Notes: a model not told the origin generated them from the letters alone. Counted from the stretch's first letter, positions 1 to 9,810 are shown. The stretch: DNA of 64,000 bases from an uncultured Candidatus Saccharibacteria bacterium (GCA_964437185.1 CAYTFU010000002.1:41296-105295), one strand, 5' to 3'. A program made the numbers and translations.

Positions 1-87
1 CGCGGCGGGATGGAGCGAAAACGCGAACTGCTGAAGAGTGAGGGTGCGCTCTAGCGATGTTGGCGCAAATTTCAGTATACTGGCGAA

Positions 88-810
88 ATGGACGCCGCAG
101 ACAACATTAAGATCGAGCCGTCGTGGAAGCGCGTATTACTGGATGAATTTGGTAAGAACTATTTCAAAGAACTGGCGGAGTTTGTGCGTGGAGAGTATGA
201 ACACGCAATCGTGTATCCGCCGCCAAAAAATATATTTCGAGCGTTCGATCTTTGCCCTTTCGACCAAGTAAATGTCGTAATACTCGGCCAAGATCCCTAC
301 CATGGACCCCGGCAGGCCAATGGCCTCTGTTTCGCTGTCACTGAAGGCTTAGTCTTACCGCCGTCACTCCAGAACATTTTCAAAGAGCTTCAAAATGATC
401 TAAAACTGAGGGTCGGTGGCGGCGACCGAGCGTCGAGCGAGGAAGTCCCTCGGCCAGCAGGACGAGGGAGCGATCTGGAGCATTGGTCCAAACAGGGTGT
501 CCTTTTGCTTAACGCGACACTTACCGTGCGTGCGCATAGTGCCGGTTCGCATCAGAAGAAAGGGTGGGAAGAATTTACGGACGCGGTGATACGAAAACTA
601 TCCGAGGAGCGTGAGCATCTCGTATTCATACTCTGGGGCAACTACGCTAAGGCCAAAGGCGCCCACATCGACCGCTCGAAACACCTCGTGATCGAATCCG
701 CGCACCCGTCGCCACTCTCGGCTCACAATGGCTTTTTTGACTCTAAACCGTTTAGTAGAGCAAACGTATACCTCGCGTCACACGGGATCAGCCCTATTGA
801 TTGGGCCTAA
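88..810 (+). CDS. ung: uracil-DNA glycosylase, family 1
   Basis: GQDPYHGP, PPSLQN, QGVLLLN and HPSPLSA motifs in canonical order. Extra ~20 aa Gly/Arg/Pro-rich segment before GVLLLN. Confidence 0.95.
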   Translation: MDAADNIKIEPSWKRVLLDEFGKNYFKELAEFVRGEYEHAIVYPPPKNIFRAFDLCPFDQVNVVILGQDPYHGPRQANGLCFAVTEGLVLPPSLQNIFKELQNDLKLRVGGGDRASSEEVPRPAGRGSDLEHWSKQGVLLLNATLTVRAHSAGSHQKKGWEEFTDAVIRKLSEEREHLVFILWGNYAKAKGAHIDRSKHLVIESAHPSPLSAHNGFFDSKPFSRANVYLASHGISPIDWA

Positions 811-822
811 CGCAAAAACCAC

Positions 823-1794
823 ATGATACGCGTCGTAAACATCGTTTTAGCTGTCTTCGCGATTGTGCTGACTGCGGCCATTGTTTTGTCAGGTAACACA
901 AAGAATCCCTCGTCACGCATTCTTGCCGGCACGGGCGCAGAATCAAAACGAGCGTTAGTGAATGTTATAAACGATGTTGGTGCGACTAATGCATGGCGCA
1001 TCTTGAAGGAAGCTTATTTGACCGATGGTCAGTTGCAGCATAGAAACATCGACCCGCATACTCTGGCTCATCAGATAGGCCGTGCGATATACAAAGAGCG
1101 TGGGATCAACGGACTCAGTATTTGTGATGATGCGTTTACCGGCGGGTGCTTTCATGGCGTCGTGGAGGAGGTTTTAATACTAGATGGGGTTGGCGCATCT
1201 GCTCGGATCGGCAGACTTTGTTCAACGCTCGATAATCCGTCTGGCTGCGCGCACGGCGCGGGCCACGGTCTAAACGAGGCCTCCGAGAGAAATTTATCGA
1301 ATGCCATGCGCAGCTGCGCTACGTTTCCCGAATCTCTGAAACCAGACTGTATCGAGGGCCTTCTTATGGACAATCTTTGGTCCTGGAAAGAAGCTGACGT
1401 CCGAAGGAAGTTGTGGGCGATTTGCGAAGGTCTGTCTCCGGAGTATCACGTTGCGTGCGCGTCTAGTTTGGGCAACTACTTTAGCGAGCATAAAAGCGTA
1501 GACGTGCATAGTTATGAACCAAGCACAATTGCCGCTGTTTGTGGTACGGCGCCAACCGAAGAGATGTCTAATCGATGCTTACTACGGCTCGGCCAAAGTA
1601 TTACGAGGCGAACCAATGGACACGTGGAGCAGATTATTCTTGAGTGCGGCCGATTGTTCACCGATCAGCAAGACGACTGCTTGAAGAACGCCGTTTCTTT
1701 CGCCATCAGTGCAAAATACATCGATCCCTCGATTTCGCGACTCGACATTTGCGCAAGATATTTTGGAGAAAAAACTCAGCATTGCCCGATCTAA
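823..1794 (+). CDS. hypothetical N-terminally membrane-anchored Cys-rich protein
   Basis: 323 aa ORF with one N-terminal hydrophobic helix (VVNIVLAVFAIVLTAAIVL) and many Cys. No recognisable catalytic motif. Confidence 0.5.
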   Translation: MIRVVNIVLAVFAIVLTAAIVLSGNTKNPSSRILAGTGAESKRALVNVINDVGATNAWRILKEAYLTDGQLQHRNIDPHTLAHQIGRAIYKERGINGLSICDDAFTGGCFHGVVEEVLILDGVGASARIGRLCSTLDNPSGCAHGAGHGLNEASERNLSNAMRSCATFPESLKPDCIEGLLMDNLWSWKEADVRRKLWAICEGLSPEYHVACASSLGNYFSEHKSVDVHSYEPSTIAAVCGTAPTEEMSNRCLLRLGQSITRRTNGHVEQIILECGRLFTDQQDDCLKNAVSFAISAKYIDPSISRLDICARYFGEKTQHCPI

Positions 1795-1830
1795 GGTCGG
1801 TGGCGGACGAGGCGCTTTTGACATGATAGT

Positions 1831-2742
1831 ATGAATAGCATGATTAAATTCACACTCGGATTTTTAGCAGCGGCTGTGCTTGCAATTGGCGCTTATTTCT
1901 ACCTCACTCCTCGGCAAGCTGCGCCTCCGCAACCAGATACGGCATCCGAAAATTCTTTGGCTGGAACGACGGCTACGAATACACAGCCAGTCGCGGATTC
2001 CACAAAAACCGTCATCGGTACGTCAGTAAAGGGAAATGAGATCGTGGCGTACCATTTCGGCGAGGGTTCAAAGAACGTGTTGTTTGTCGGCGGCATACAT
2101 GGCGGATATGAGTGGAACACTGCGCTCCTCGCGTACGAAATCATGGACGAACTGAAGAAAAATCCAAACATCATTCCTACAGGGGTGCGCGTAACGATCA
2201 TACCGGTACTCAATCCCGACGGTCTTGCGATTGTCGCGGGTACGTCGAGTCGATTTGCCGCATCTGATGTTTCTACCTCAAAAAGCGTGCAGGTATCGGG
2301 TCGCTTCAATGCAAACACAGTAGACCTGAATAGAAACTTCGATTGCGACTGGAAGGAGGCCGGGACTTGGCAAAACACCCGCGTAAGTGGTGGTAAATCG
2401 GCGTTCTCAGAACCCGAAAGCATCGCAATGAAATCATACATAGAATCGCTGAAGCCAGATGCTGTTGTCGTGTGGTACAGCGCTGCAGGCGGTGTGTATT
2501 CTTCAAGTTGTCACGACGGCGTATTGCCGCAAACGAGCGCGCTTACCGCCCTGTATGCAAAAGCCGCGTCGTATCCCGCGCATGAGGTGTTCAATTACTA
2601 CGACATCACGGGCGACATGGTAAATTGGCTCGCAAAAATAAAGATCCCCGCTATTAGCGTGCTCCTCACAAATCACACCGACATTGAGTTGAGCAAGAAT
2701 CGTGCGGGCGTACAAGCCGTCTTAGAGTACATTTCGAAATAA
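1831..2742 (+). CDS. M14-like zinc carboxypeptidase paralog, probably catalytically dead
   Basis: GGIHGGYEWN, NPDG and DLNRNFD motifs. Positions aligned to the third Zn ligand and the catalytic Glu read Y216 (VWYS) and L278 (ISVLL). Confidence 0.7.
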   Translation: MNSMIKFTLGFLAAAVLAIGAYFYLTPRQAAPPQPDTASENSLAGTTATNTQPVADSTKTVIGTSVKGNEIVAYHFGEGSKNVLFVGGIHGGYEWNTALLAYEIMDELKKNPNIIPTGVRVTIIPVLNPDGLAIVAGTSSRFAASDVSTSKSVQVSGRFNANTVDLNRNFDCDWKEAGTWQNTRVSGGKSAFSEPESIAMKSYIESLKPDAVVVWYSAAGGVYSSSCHDGVLPQTSALTALYAKAASYPAHEVFNYYDITGDMVNWLAKIKIPAISVLLTNHTDIELSKNRAGVQAVLEYISK

Positions 2743-2743
2743 G

Positions 2744-3619
2744 ATGCGCTTTCTTTCGTCTCGACAACTCGTTATTTCTGTAGCGGTGATTGCGTTGCTC
2801 GCGACGTACGGAGCCTACTTCTATTCACGTGAAGAGCCTCCAGAAGTGCAACAAGAGGTCGTCGCACCTGCTCCCGCCTACACGCGTGCGGTTATCGGCC
2901 ACTCCGTGGAAGGTCGCGCTATCGAAGCGTTTACATACGGCGCCGGTGCGAGGCAACTTTTGTTTGTCGGCGGTATGCATGGGGGATACGAGTGGAACAG
3001 CGTGCTTCTTGCGTACGAAATGATGGATTACCTCGTGCAACATCCGGATTTCGTCCCGAGTGGCATGAGCGTTACCATAATCCCTGTAGCCAATCCCGAT
3101 GGTCTCTATAGAATCGTGAACAAAGAGGGGAGGTTTACGCTCACCGACGTTCCATCGGACACAGATCAATCGCCCGGCCGATTCAATGCCCATGAAGTCG
3201 ATCTCAATCGCAACTTCGACTGCAAATGGCAGCCTGAGAGCATGTGGAAGAGTCGCACTGTGAGCGGCGGCACAGCGGCATTTTCTGAGCCTGAGAGCCG
3301 CGCCCTTCGCGATTTTGTTCTCACGCACAAACCTGTCGCCGTCGTCTTTTGGCACAGTAAGGCAAATGCTGTGTATGCGTCGGAGTGCGAGAATGGGATT
3401 TTGCCCATCACGCGCGACATTATGAGCGCCTACGCAGGCGCCGCTGGTTATCCTGCAGTCGATAGCTTCGATAGCTACTCGGTGACTGGAGACGCAGAAG
3501 GGTGGCTCGCTTCCATTGCGATACCAGCGATAACGGTCGAGCTTAAGACACACGAAGATATCGAGTGGGACAAAAATCTTTTGGGAGTGACTGCGCTCGT
3601 CAAATATTTTTCAAAGTAA
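2744..3619 (+). CDS. M14-like zinc carboxypeptidase (MpaA / gamma-D-Glu-mDAP peptidase-like)
   Basis: Tandem paralog of 1831-2742. GGMHGGYEWN, NPDG and DLNRNFD motifs, and it retains FWHS (His) and ITVEL (Glu). Confidence 0.75.
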   Translation: MRFLSSRQLVISVAVIALLATYGAYFYSREEPPEVQQEVVAPAPAYTRAVIGHSVEGRAIEAFTYGAGARQLLFVGGMHGGYEWNSVLLAYEMMDYLVQHPDFVPSGMSVTIIPVANPDGLYRIVNKEGRFTLTDVPSDTDQSPGRFNAHEVDLNRNFDCKWQPESMWKSRTVSGGTAAFSEPESRALRDFVLTHKPVAVVFWHSKANAVYASECENGILPITRDIMSAYAGAAGYPAVDSFDSYSVTGDAEGWLASIAIPAITVELKTHEDIEWDKNLLGVTALVKYFSK

Positions 3620-3653
3620 TCTTACAGTGAGTGTGACGTGCTATAAATAGCGT

Positions 3654-4604
3654 ATGGACCAGGTAGGCGCTCCTCATCCAAATGCAGTCCACAAAAAACA
3701 TCTGTGGATGTTTGGCGCCATACTAGCGATCGTTGTCGGCGGTGCATTTGTGTTTACGGGGGTGAAAATCGTATCGCTCAACACAGAAATTGCGCGTCTC
3801 ACGTCGGATATCGCCTCAACCACTTCGGTGCTCTACGGGACAGCGGGCACGCTCTCCAAAAATATTTCCGATTTGAGTACCGAAACAAAGGGGATATCGC
3901 AAGATCTCTCGAATACCAAAGAAAATATTGCAACGGTCAAAGATCAGGTAGGCGGCGTGCAGCAGACGCTCGGCTCCGTTTCGGGCACCGTTTCTACACT
4001 TCAAAAGCTTTCTACTATTGATGCTGAGCTTTTGAAAAAATACTCAAAGGTGTATTTTCTCAACGAAAATTACACGCCCGCCCACCTCTCTGTACTGCCG
4101 CAAGACATAATCTACAGTAATACTCGTCCCGAAAGCTTTCTTACCGAAGCCGCGCCTGCACTCGTCCGAATGATGACGGCGGCGAAGGCCGATGGCGTCT
4201 CAATGTATGTATTTTCTGCGTTTCGATCGTTCGCAAAGCAGCAGACTCTAAAATCTCAATACACATTCACCTATGGCGCCGGCACCGCGAGCACTTTTTC
4301 GGCAGATCAGGGCTACTCTGAACACCAACTCGGGACAACGGTCGATGTCATCGCGCCCGGCCTCGGTGGAGAATTGACCGTCGCTTTTGAAAAAACCCCG
4401 GCGTTTGCATGGCTTATGGCCAATGCGCACAAATTCGGATTTCACCTCTCCTATCCGCGCAACAATACATACTACGTGTACGAGCCCTGGCACTGGCGCT
4501 ACGTGGGCGTAAAACTTGCCACGTACCTGCACGAACAAAACCTCAATTTCTACGACATGGATCAACGCACGATTGATACTTATCTGGCAAATCTATTCGA
4601 CTGA
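3654..4604 (+). CDS. VanY/M15B-type D-alanyl-D-alanine carboxypeptidase, membrane anchored with coiled-coil spacer
   Basis: SAFRSFAKQ, SEHQLGTTVD and EPWHWRYVG motifs, plus an N-terminal TM helix. Confidence 0.8.
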   Translation: MDQVGAPHPNAVHKKHLWMFGAILAIVVGGAFVFTGVKIVSLNTEIARLTSDIASTTSVLYGTAGTLSKNISDLSTETKGISQDLSNTKENIATVKDQVGGVQQTLGSVSGTVSTLQKLSTIDAELLKKYSKVYFLNENYTPAHLSVLPQDIIYSNTRPESFLTEAAPALVRMMTAAKADGVSMYVFSAFRSFAKQQTLKSQYTFTYGAGTASTFSADQGYSEHQLGTTVDVIAPGLGGELTVAFEKTPAFAWLMANAHKFGFHLSYPRNNTYYVYEPWHWRYVGVKLATYLHEQNLNFYDMDQRTIDTYLANLFD

Positions 4605-4658
4605 CGAGTACTTTACTGCTGTCCATTAGCGAATCTACCGTATAGTTTCCACATTCTT

Positions 4659-5660
4659 GTGAATACTCAAAATCACGGTATTCTGAGTAGTGTGTTTCCG
4701 CATACACGGCTGCGCCGTTTGAGAAAAACTGAGGCACTGCGAACGCTAACCCGGGAGCAGAGGCTTTCTATCGACGATTTGATTTATCCGATTTTCGTCG
4801 AGGAAAATATACAAGCCCCTATTCCAGTAGAGACGATGCCTGGCGTGTTTCGAATTCCGGAGAGAAATCTAGACGATGAGGTGCGAGCGATCGCATCAGA
4901 TGGAGTGAAAGCAATTATGATGTTCGGTGTCTCGCACAAAAAAGACCCCACGGGAAGCGATTCTTTGAGTCAAAGCGGTCTCATGGCGCGCATGATTAGG
5001 TGCGCAAAAAAAGCGGCTCCAGAGATGATCGTGATTTCCGACAATTGCTTTTGCGAATACACTGATCATGGACATTGCGGCGTAGTTCGTGACGGTTATG
5101 TGGACAACGACCTTTCGATTAAAAACCTAGCGCGTCAGACTGTCGTAGCTGTCGAAGCTGGCGCCGACATGGTGGCGCCCTCTTCGATGTTGGACGGCCA
5201 AGTACAGGCGATTCGGCAGACGCTCGACGCAGCGGGCCATGGCGACATCCCGATTATGGCGTATTCTACGAAATTCGCTTCCTGCTTTTACGGTCCTTTT
5301 CGCAACGCCGCGGGATCAACACTACAAGGCGACCGAAAAACCTATCAGATGGATCCCTCGAACACTCGAGAGGCAATACGAGAATCCTTGCTAGATGAAA
5401 GCGAGGGCGCGGACATTCTTATGGTAAAGCCTGCACTTCCGTATCTCGACATTCTGTCGAAACTGCGAAAACGAAGCCTATTACCAATAGCCGCTTATCA
5501 AGTAAGTGGTGAATACGCAATGATCAAATTTGCTGCCCAAGCTGGTGCCATTGATGAGCGGCGCGCGGTACTTGAAACGCTCGGGGCGATACAAAGAGCT
5601 GGTGCCGATATTATTCTCACATATTTTGCTCGTAGTCTCGCTCGAGAAGGTATCATATGA
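4659..5660 (+). CDS. hemB: porphobilinogen synthase (ALA dehydratase)
   Basis: RLRRLRK N-terminus, [18 protein letters not shown] and [10 protein letters not shown] motifs. GTG start; an alternative GTG lies at 4692. Confidence 0.92.
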   Translation: MNTQNHGILSSVFPHTRLRRLRKTEALRTLTREQRLSIDDLIYPIFVEENIQAPIPVETMPGVFRIPERNLDDEVRAIASDGVKAIMMFGVSHKKDPTGSDSLSQSGLMARMIRCAKKAAPEMIVISDNCFCEYTDHGHCGVVRDGYVDNDLSIKNLARQTVVAVEAGADMVAPSSMLDGQVQAIRQTLDAAGHGDIPIMAYSTKFASCFYGPFRNAAGSTLQGDRKTYQMDPSNTREAIRESLLDESEGADILMVKPALPYLDILSKLRKRSLLPIAAYQVSGEYAMIKFAAQAGAIDERRAVLETLGAIQRAGADIILTYFARSLAREGII

Positions 5661-5706
5661 ATAATGCCCGTTATGTACTGAATGATCGAAGGGAAAAGCA
5701 GCAATA

Positions 5707-6612
5707 ATGAAAACAATTCTGATTAAAATTGGTTCTCGTGGAAGCGAACTTGCACTTAAGCAAACAGATATCGTATTCGCGGCGCTTAAGGCAGCGGACC
5801 CATCTGTTTCCGTCGAGGTGCACGTAGTCCAAACACGCGGCGACGTTGACCAGCAACCGATTCCTCTCGACACCATAGGCAAGGGGTGGTTCACGAGAGA
5901 AATAGAAGATGAGCTTTTGCGGGGTGAAATCGACATCGCTGTGCATAGTCTCAAAGATATGGCGGAAGGCATGCCGCCGGGCCTCATGATTGGAGCATAT
6001 CTTCCGCGTGAAGACGCGCGCGATGTTCTTATTACAAAAAACGGCGTGTCATATCAGGAATTAAAGCGGGGAGCAATAATCGGTACCGACAGTTCGCGCA
6101 GGCAGGTACAAATGCTTGCCCTCCGACCTGACGCACGGATGAAAAGCATACGCGGGAATGTGCCGACGCGTCTCCAAAAGCTACAATCTGAAGAATACGA
6201 CGCAATTATTCTTGCTGCAGCGGGTTTAAAACGTCTTGGAATGGAAAAAAAAATCACTCATTATTTTGCCTTGACGGATATCATTCCAGCGCCCGGGCAG
6301 GGAATTCTTGCCGTACAAACACGAAGGGACGACACCGAGTTGGAACAAATACTCGCGCGAATCAACGATCTTGAGGCGGCGCAAGCGGCAACTTTGGAGA
6401 GATTGTTCTCGCGTACCGTCGGAGGCGGATGCAAAGCTCCGACAGGAGCCTACGCCGTAAAGGGACCAGAAGGATGGACATTGACGGCAATGATTGCTGC
6501 AGCAAATGGCCGAATCATCCGGGGAGAAATGAGTACCCAATTAGATGGCGATTTTCAGATCGGCCAACAGCTCGCGAAGAGTCTTCTTATTACCCGTGAT
6601 GCGGAAAAATAA
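5707..6612 (+). CDS. hemC: hydroxymethylbilane synthase (porphobilinogen deaminase)
   Basis: IGSRGSELALKQT, AVHSLKD, RGNVPTRL and GGGCKAP motifs. Confidence 0.92.
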   Translation: MKTILIKIGSRGSELALKQTDIVFAALKAADPSVSVEVHVVQTRGDVDQQPIPLDTIGKGWFTREIEDELLRGEIDIAVHSLKDMAEGMPPGLMIGAYLPREDARDVLITKNGVSYQELKRGAIIGTDSSRRQVQMLALRPDARMKSIRGNVPTRLQKLQSEEYDAIILAAAGLKRLGMEKKITHYFALTDIIPAPGQGILAVQTRRDDTELEQILARINDLEAAQAATLERLFSRTVGGGCKAPTGAYAVKGPEGWTLTAMIAAANGRIIRGEMSTQLDGDFQIGQQLAKSLLITRDAEK

Positions 6613-6613
6613 A

Positions 6614-7159
6614 ATGGAAATAGGCATAGATATTAAGGCGCTGTCGCTGTCGCGAAGCACAATTAGCGTTCTTCGCAATATTGCTCGATACGACCTCATT
6701 GTTTTTACAAGCAAAAATGCACAAAACTTCTTCAAGAGAGCACTCTCGCGGCTTCAAATAAAGCTGCCGAGGAGCAGCGGGATTGTGCGAGTGGGGCCCC
6801 GAAATGATCTTCTTAAACTTGCCGTGCGGGGGAAGCGGATACTATTTCCGCGCTCCGCTCTAGCTCCGCATGACATTATCAGAGGCTTGCGGTCTAAAGG
6901 ATGCTCGGTACGTGTCATTACTCTATACACAGCACATGGCACAAAATTATCCAAAAAACAAAGACAATTGATACTTAGCGGGAACATTGAGAGATTGTAT
7001 TTCAAAAGCCCTTCTGGCGTACGAGGACTTTTGCAGCAAATGCGGGGACGAAATAAAAAGTTAGTACTTTCAATTCTTGCAGAATGCCTCGGCAAAACTA
7101 CCGCAAGTGCGGCAAAAGCGGAGGGCTTTAAAAAAGTGGTAGTTGCAGGCATACTGTAA
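6614..7159 (+). CDS. hemD: uroporphyrinogen-III synthase, short form
   Basis: IVFTSKNAQNFF and FKSPSGVRGLL (the two FTSxxAV-type motifs) plus RILFPRS. Only 181 aa, so it lacks about 60 N-terminal residues of typical HemD. ATG lies 1 nt after the hemC stop. Confidence 0.7.
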   Translation: MEIGIDIKALSLSRSTISVLRNIARYDLIVFTSKNAQNFFKRALSRLQIKLPRSSGIVRVGPRNDLLKLAVRGKRILFPRSALAPHDIIRGLRSKGCSVRVITLYTAHGTKLSKKQRQLILSGNIERLYFKSPSGVRGLLQQMRGRNKKLVLSILAECLGKTTASAAKAEGFKKVVVAGIL

Positions 7160-7164
7160 GACCT

Positions 7165-7821
7165 ATGCGATACCACAGCTATATTTTTTTCGATGTATGC
7201 CAGAGCTTCCCTGTACCGTCGGCTGCAAAAATCAATACGTACAAAAAGGGTTTTGCTGCGATAGTGGAAAACAATGTCGATGTTGGTGTGCGAGCCTACG
7301 GGACACTAGCACTTAAATCCGGTACGCGATTTATGTTACACATGAATGCAGGTTCTCCCGATGCGATACAGCTTCTTACGCGAAACTTATTGCACTCCGA
7401 GCTCGGGAGGCTTCTCACGATACGCTACACGCTCATGGGCATAACCCGATCATCGCAGTACAATCCAAAATCGGCCCCAAAAGAAAGCGTGCCAGATATG
7501 CCTCATCGCTATCTTGTGGTGTATCCATTCACGAAAACTATCGAATGGTATTTAATGCCGTACGATGAGCGACGGGGTATCATGAAGTCCCACGTTGATG
7601 TCGGCCGCAAATTTAGCAAGAACATATCGCAGCTTCTCTTGTACTCATACGGCATAGACGATCATGAATTCATCGTGTCATACCAAATGAGTGATCTGGA
7701 AGAATTCCAAACCCTCGTGATGGAAATGCGTGAGACCGAAAGCCGTCGTCACACGAAAAATGACCTGCCAATATTCACCTGTATACACATGTCACTTCCC
7801 GAGGCACTCGACATGGTATGA
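7165..7821 (+). CDS. chdC: chlorite dismutase-family coproheme decarboxylase (HemQ/ChdC)
   Basis: YLVVYPFTKTIEWYLMPYDERRGIMKSH...GIDDHEFIVSY pattern typical of HemQ; sits inside the heme cluster. Confidence 0.8.
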   Translation: MRYHSYIFFDVCQSFPVPSAAKINTYKKGFAAIVENNVDVGVRAYGTLALKSGTRFMLHMNAGSPDAIQLLTRNLLHSELGRLLTIRYTLMGITRSSQYNPKSAPKESVPDMPHRYLVVYPFTKTIEWYLMPYDERRGIMKSHVDVGRKFSKNISQLLLYSYGIDDHEFIVSYQMSDLEEFQTLVMEMRETESRRHTKNDLPIFTCIHMSLPEALDMV

Positions 7822-8825
7822 ATGATACATTTCTCCGTGCGGCAAGAGGAGAAAAAACGGAGCAAATCCCGATTTGGTTTATGCGCCAGGCTGGACGATC
7901 GCTTCCTGGCTACCGCAAACTTCGCGAGAAATACAGCGTGCTGGAGCTCGCGCAGACGCCGGAACTCGCAGCGCAGGTCTCAATCGAGCCAGTAGAGCGA
8001 CTGGGAGTGGACGCCGCGATACTCTTTGCAGACATTATGCTTCTGCCTTTGGCGCTCGGTGTAAAACTCGAAATTGTGGATTCTGTGGGCCCTGTTATAG
8101 ACTCACCGATCGAGAGCAGAGCAGATATAGAGCGCCTCCTACCTTTTAAGAAAAGCAATATAACGTACCTGGGAGACACCATTAGACTCCTGCGGCAACG
8201 TCTTGATGTGCCGGTCATCGGTTTTTCTGGCGCTCCTTTCACACTGGCCTCCTACCTCATAGAAGGTAGGCCGACGCGCGACTGGAAGAAGACCAAGAAA
8301 TTCATGCTCGAGGAGCCGGAGTTGTGGGAGCTTTTAATGCGAAAACTTTCGGATTCAGTCATTGGCTACCTAGACGTACAGATACAGGCAGGAGCGCAGG
8401 CAGTGCAACTTTTCGACAGTTGGGCGGGATGTCTTTCGCCAACTGACTACAGGACGCACGTGCTACCGCATGCTCGGAAGATATTTTCCGCCCTGAAAGA
8501 ACGTAAGGTGCCGCGGATACACTTCGGCACGGATACCGGCGCCATGCTGGAGGATTTCGCCGATGTGGACTGCGAAGTCATCGGTGTGGATTGGCGAGTA
8601 GATCTCTCAAAAGCGAGAGAATTGGTCGGCAAGAAAGCGCTGCAAGGCAATCTCGACCCGGCAGTGCTTCTGTGCGATTGGTCTGTAGTCGAAAAGAAGG
8701 TAGACGAGATGCTTTTCAACCTTGGGAACGCGAAAGGTTACATATTCAATCTAGGGCACGGTGTATTGCCTCAAACCGACGACAAGCAGATCAAGCGGCT
8801 TGTCGAATACGTGCATGGTAAATAA
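7818..8825 (+). CDS. hemE: uroporphyrinogen decarboxylase
   Basis: PIWFMRQAGRSLPGY and ILFADI motifs with full-length similarity. ATGA overlap with chdC. Confidence 0.93.
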   Translation: MNDTFLRAARGEKTEQIPIWFMRQAGRSLPGYRKLREKYSVLELAQTPELAAQVSIEPVERLGVDAAILFADIMLLPLALGVKLEIVDSVGPVIDSPIESRADIERLLPFKKSNITYLGDTIRLLRQRLDVPVIGFSGAPFTLASYLIEGRPTRDWKKTKKFMLEEPELWELLMRKLSDSVIGYLDVQIQAGAQAVQLFDSWAGCLSPTDYRTHVLPHARKIFSALKERKVPRIHFGTDTGAMLEDFADVDCEVIGVDWRVDLSKARELVGKKALQGNLDPAVLLCDWSVVEKKVDEMLFNLGNAKGYIFNLGHGVLPQTDDKQIKRLVEYVHGK

Positions 8826-9732
8826 GATCGGCGTGGTTCTGATGACGTACGGTTCCGCTAATACCTCGGCCGGAGTCGAAGCGTATTTCAGGCATATCTA
8901 CGAGAATCCTTCGCCGGAAGCTATTGCAGATTTCAAGAATCGTTATGATCTGGTAGGCGGCTCGCCTCTGGTACGCATCACCAAGCATCAGGCCGTGCTT
9001 CTCCAGAAAAAACTCGGTAAAAAGTACGTAGTGCGCTCCGGGATGCGGCACTCGAAGCCCTTTATCGCCGATGCGGTTGCCAGTCTGAAAAAAGCCAATG
9101 CAAATGAGATTCGCAGCATAATCCTTTCTCCGCAATTCTCATCTTTTATTATGGAGGGCTACAAGAAAGACTTTACGGAGGCCGCAAGAGCAAATGGATT
9201 TACAAACTACATGATCGCAGGGCCATGGCCTGCTGATGAACATTTTGTCAAACTTTTCGCAAAGCGCATAAAGGTAAAGCTCTCCAAACTCGGCAAAGAT
9301 ACACCAGTCGTGTTTACGACTCACAGCTTGCCCCAACGAGTCGTCGATACAGATCCGAGTTATTTAAAACAATTAGACCAGACTATCGTCGCAGTGAGAA
9401 AGCAATTGCCAAAAATAAATTGGTACCAGGGATACCAGAGCGCGGGCCACACGCCCGAGGAATGGCTCAAGCCCGACCTCACCGACATTCTTGCCGACCT
9501 CGCCAAAAAAAGACAAGACAAAGTCCTGATAGTACCGATACAGTTTCTCTCCGACCATTTGGAGATCCTCTATGATCTCGATATTGCTGCACGCGAGCAG
9601 TGCAATGAATTCGGAATAGACTACCATCGTATCGAGTTACCGAATACCGATCCGCTGTTCATACGATCGCTTGAAGAAATCACAAAAAAAGCTGCTCCGC
9701 GATTGCGTGGTGCGCGAGGACGACGCATATAA
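8815..9732 (+). CDS. hemH: ferrochelatase (probably coproporphyrin ferrochelatase)
   Basis: IGVVLMTYGS N-terminus, TTHSLP and IQFLSDHLEILYDLD motifs. Start chosen at the internal ATG overlapping the hemE stop. Confidence 0.88.
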   Translation: MVNKIGVVLMTYGSANTSAGVEAYFRHIYENPSPEAIADFKNRYDLVGGSPLVRITKHQAVLLQKKLGKKYVVRSGMRHSKPFIADAVASLKKANANEIRSIILSPQFSSFIMEGYKKDFTEAARANGFTNYMIAGPWPADEHFVKLFAKRIKVKLSKLGKDTPVVFTTHSLPQRVVDTDPSYLKQLDQTIVAVRKQLPKINWYQGYQSAGHTPEEWLKPDLTDILADLAKKRQDKVLIVPIQFLSDHLEILYDLDIAAREQCNEFGIDYHRIELPNTDPLFIRSLEEITKKAAPRLRGARGRRI

Positions 9733-9810
9733 TGCTCGAGTCCGTGCCGATTATCGTCGGCGAGCGCGATTTGAAACTGCAGGGCTTCTTTGCTCTAAAT
9801 GGCTACGATA

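Noticed and set aside
1-54. Partial ORF at the left edge (…RGGMERKRELLKSEGAL-stop)
   Set aside because: Only 17 codons are visible, which is too short to assign or even to be sure it is coding.
407-1811. Shared 12-mer ggtcggtggcgg (in the UNG insert at about 409 and after the stop at about 1797) as a possible dispersed repeat
   Set aside because: Exact 12-mers are expected many times by chance in 64 kb, and similarity decays immediately outside the 12-mer.
6545-6613. Possible hemC-hemD fusion or upstream extension restoring the missing HemD N-terminus
   Set aside because: The upstream frame overlaps the hemC C-terminal helix and gives no HemD-like sequence. The LLITR at the HemC end aligns with the normal HemC C-terminus. 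HemD is therefore treated as genuinely short.
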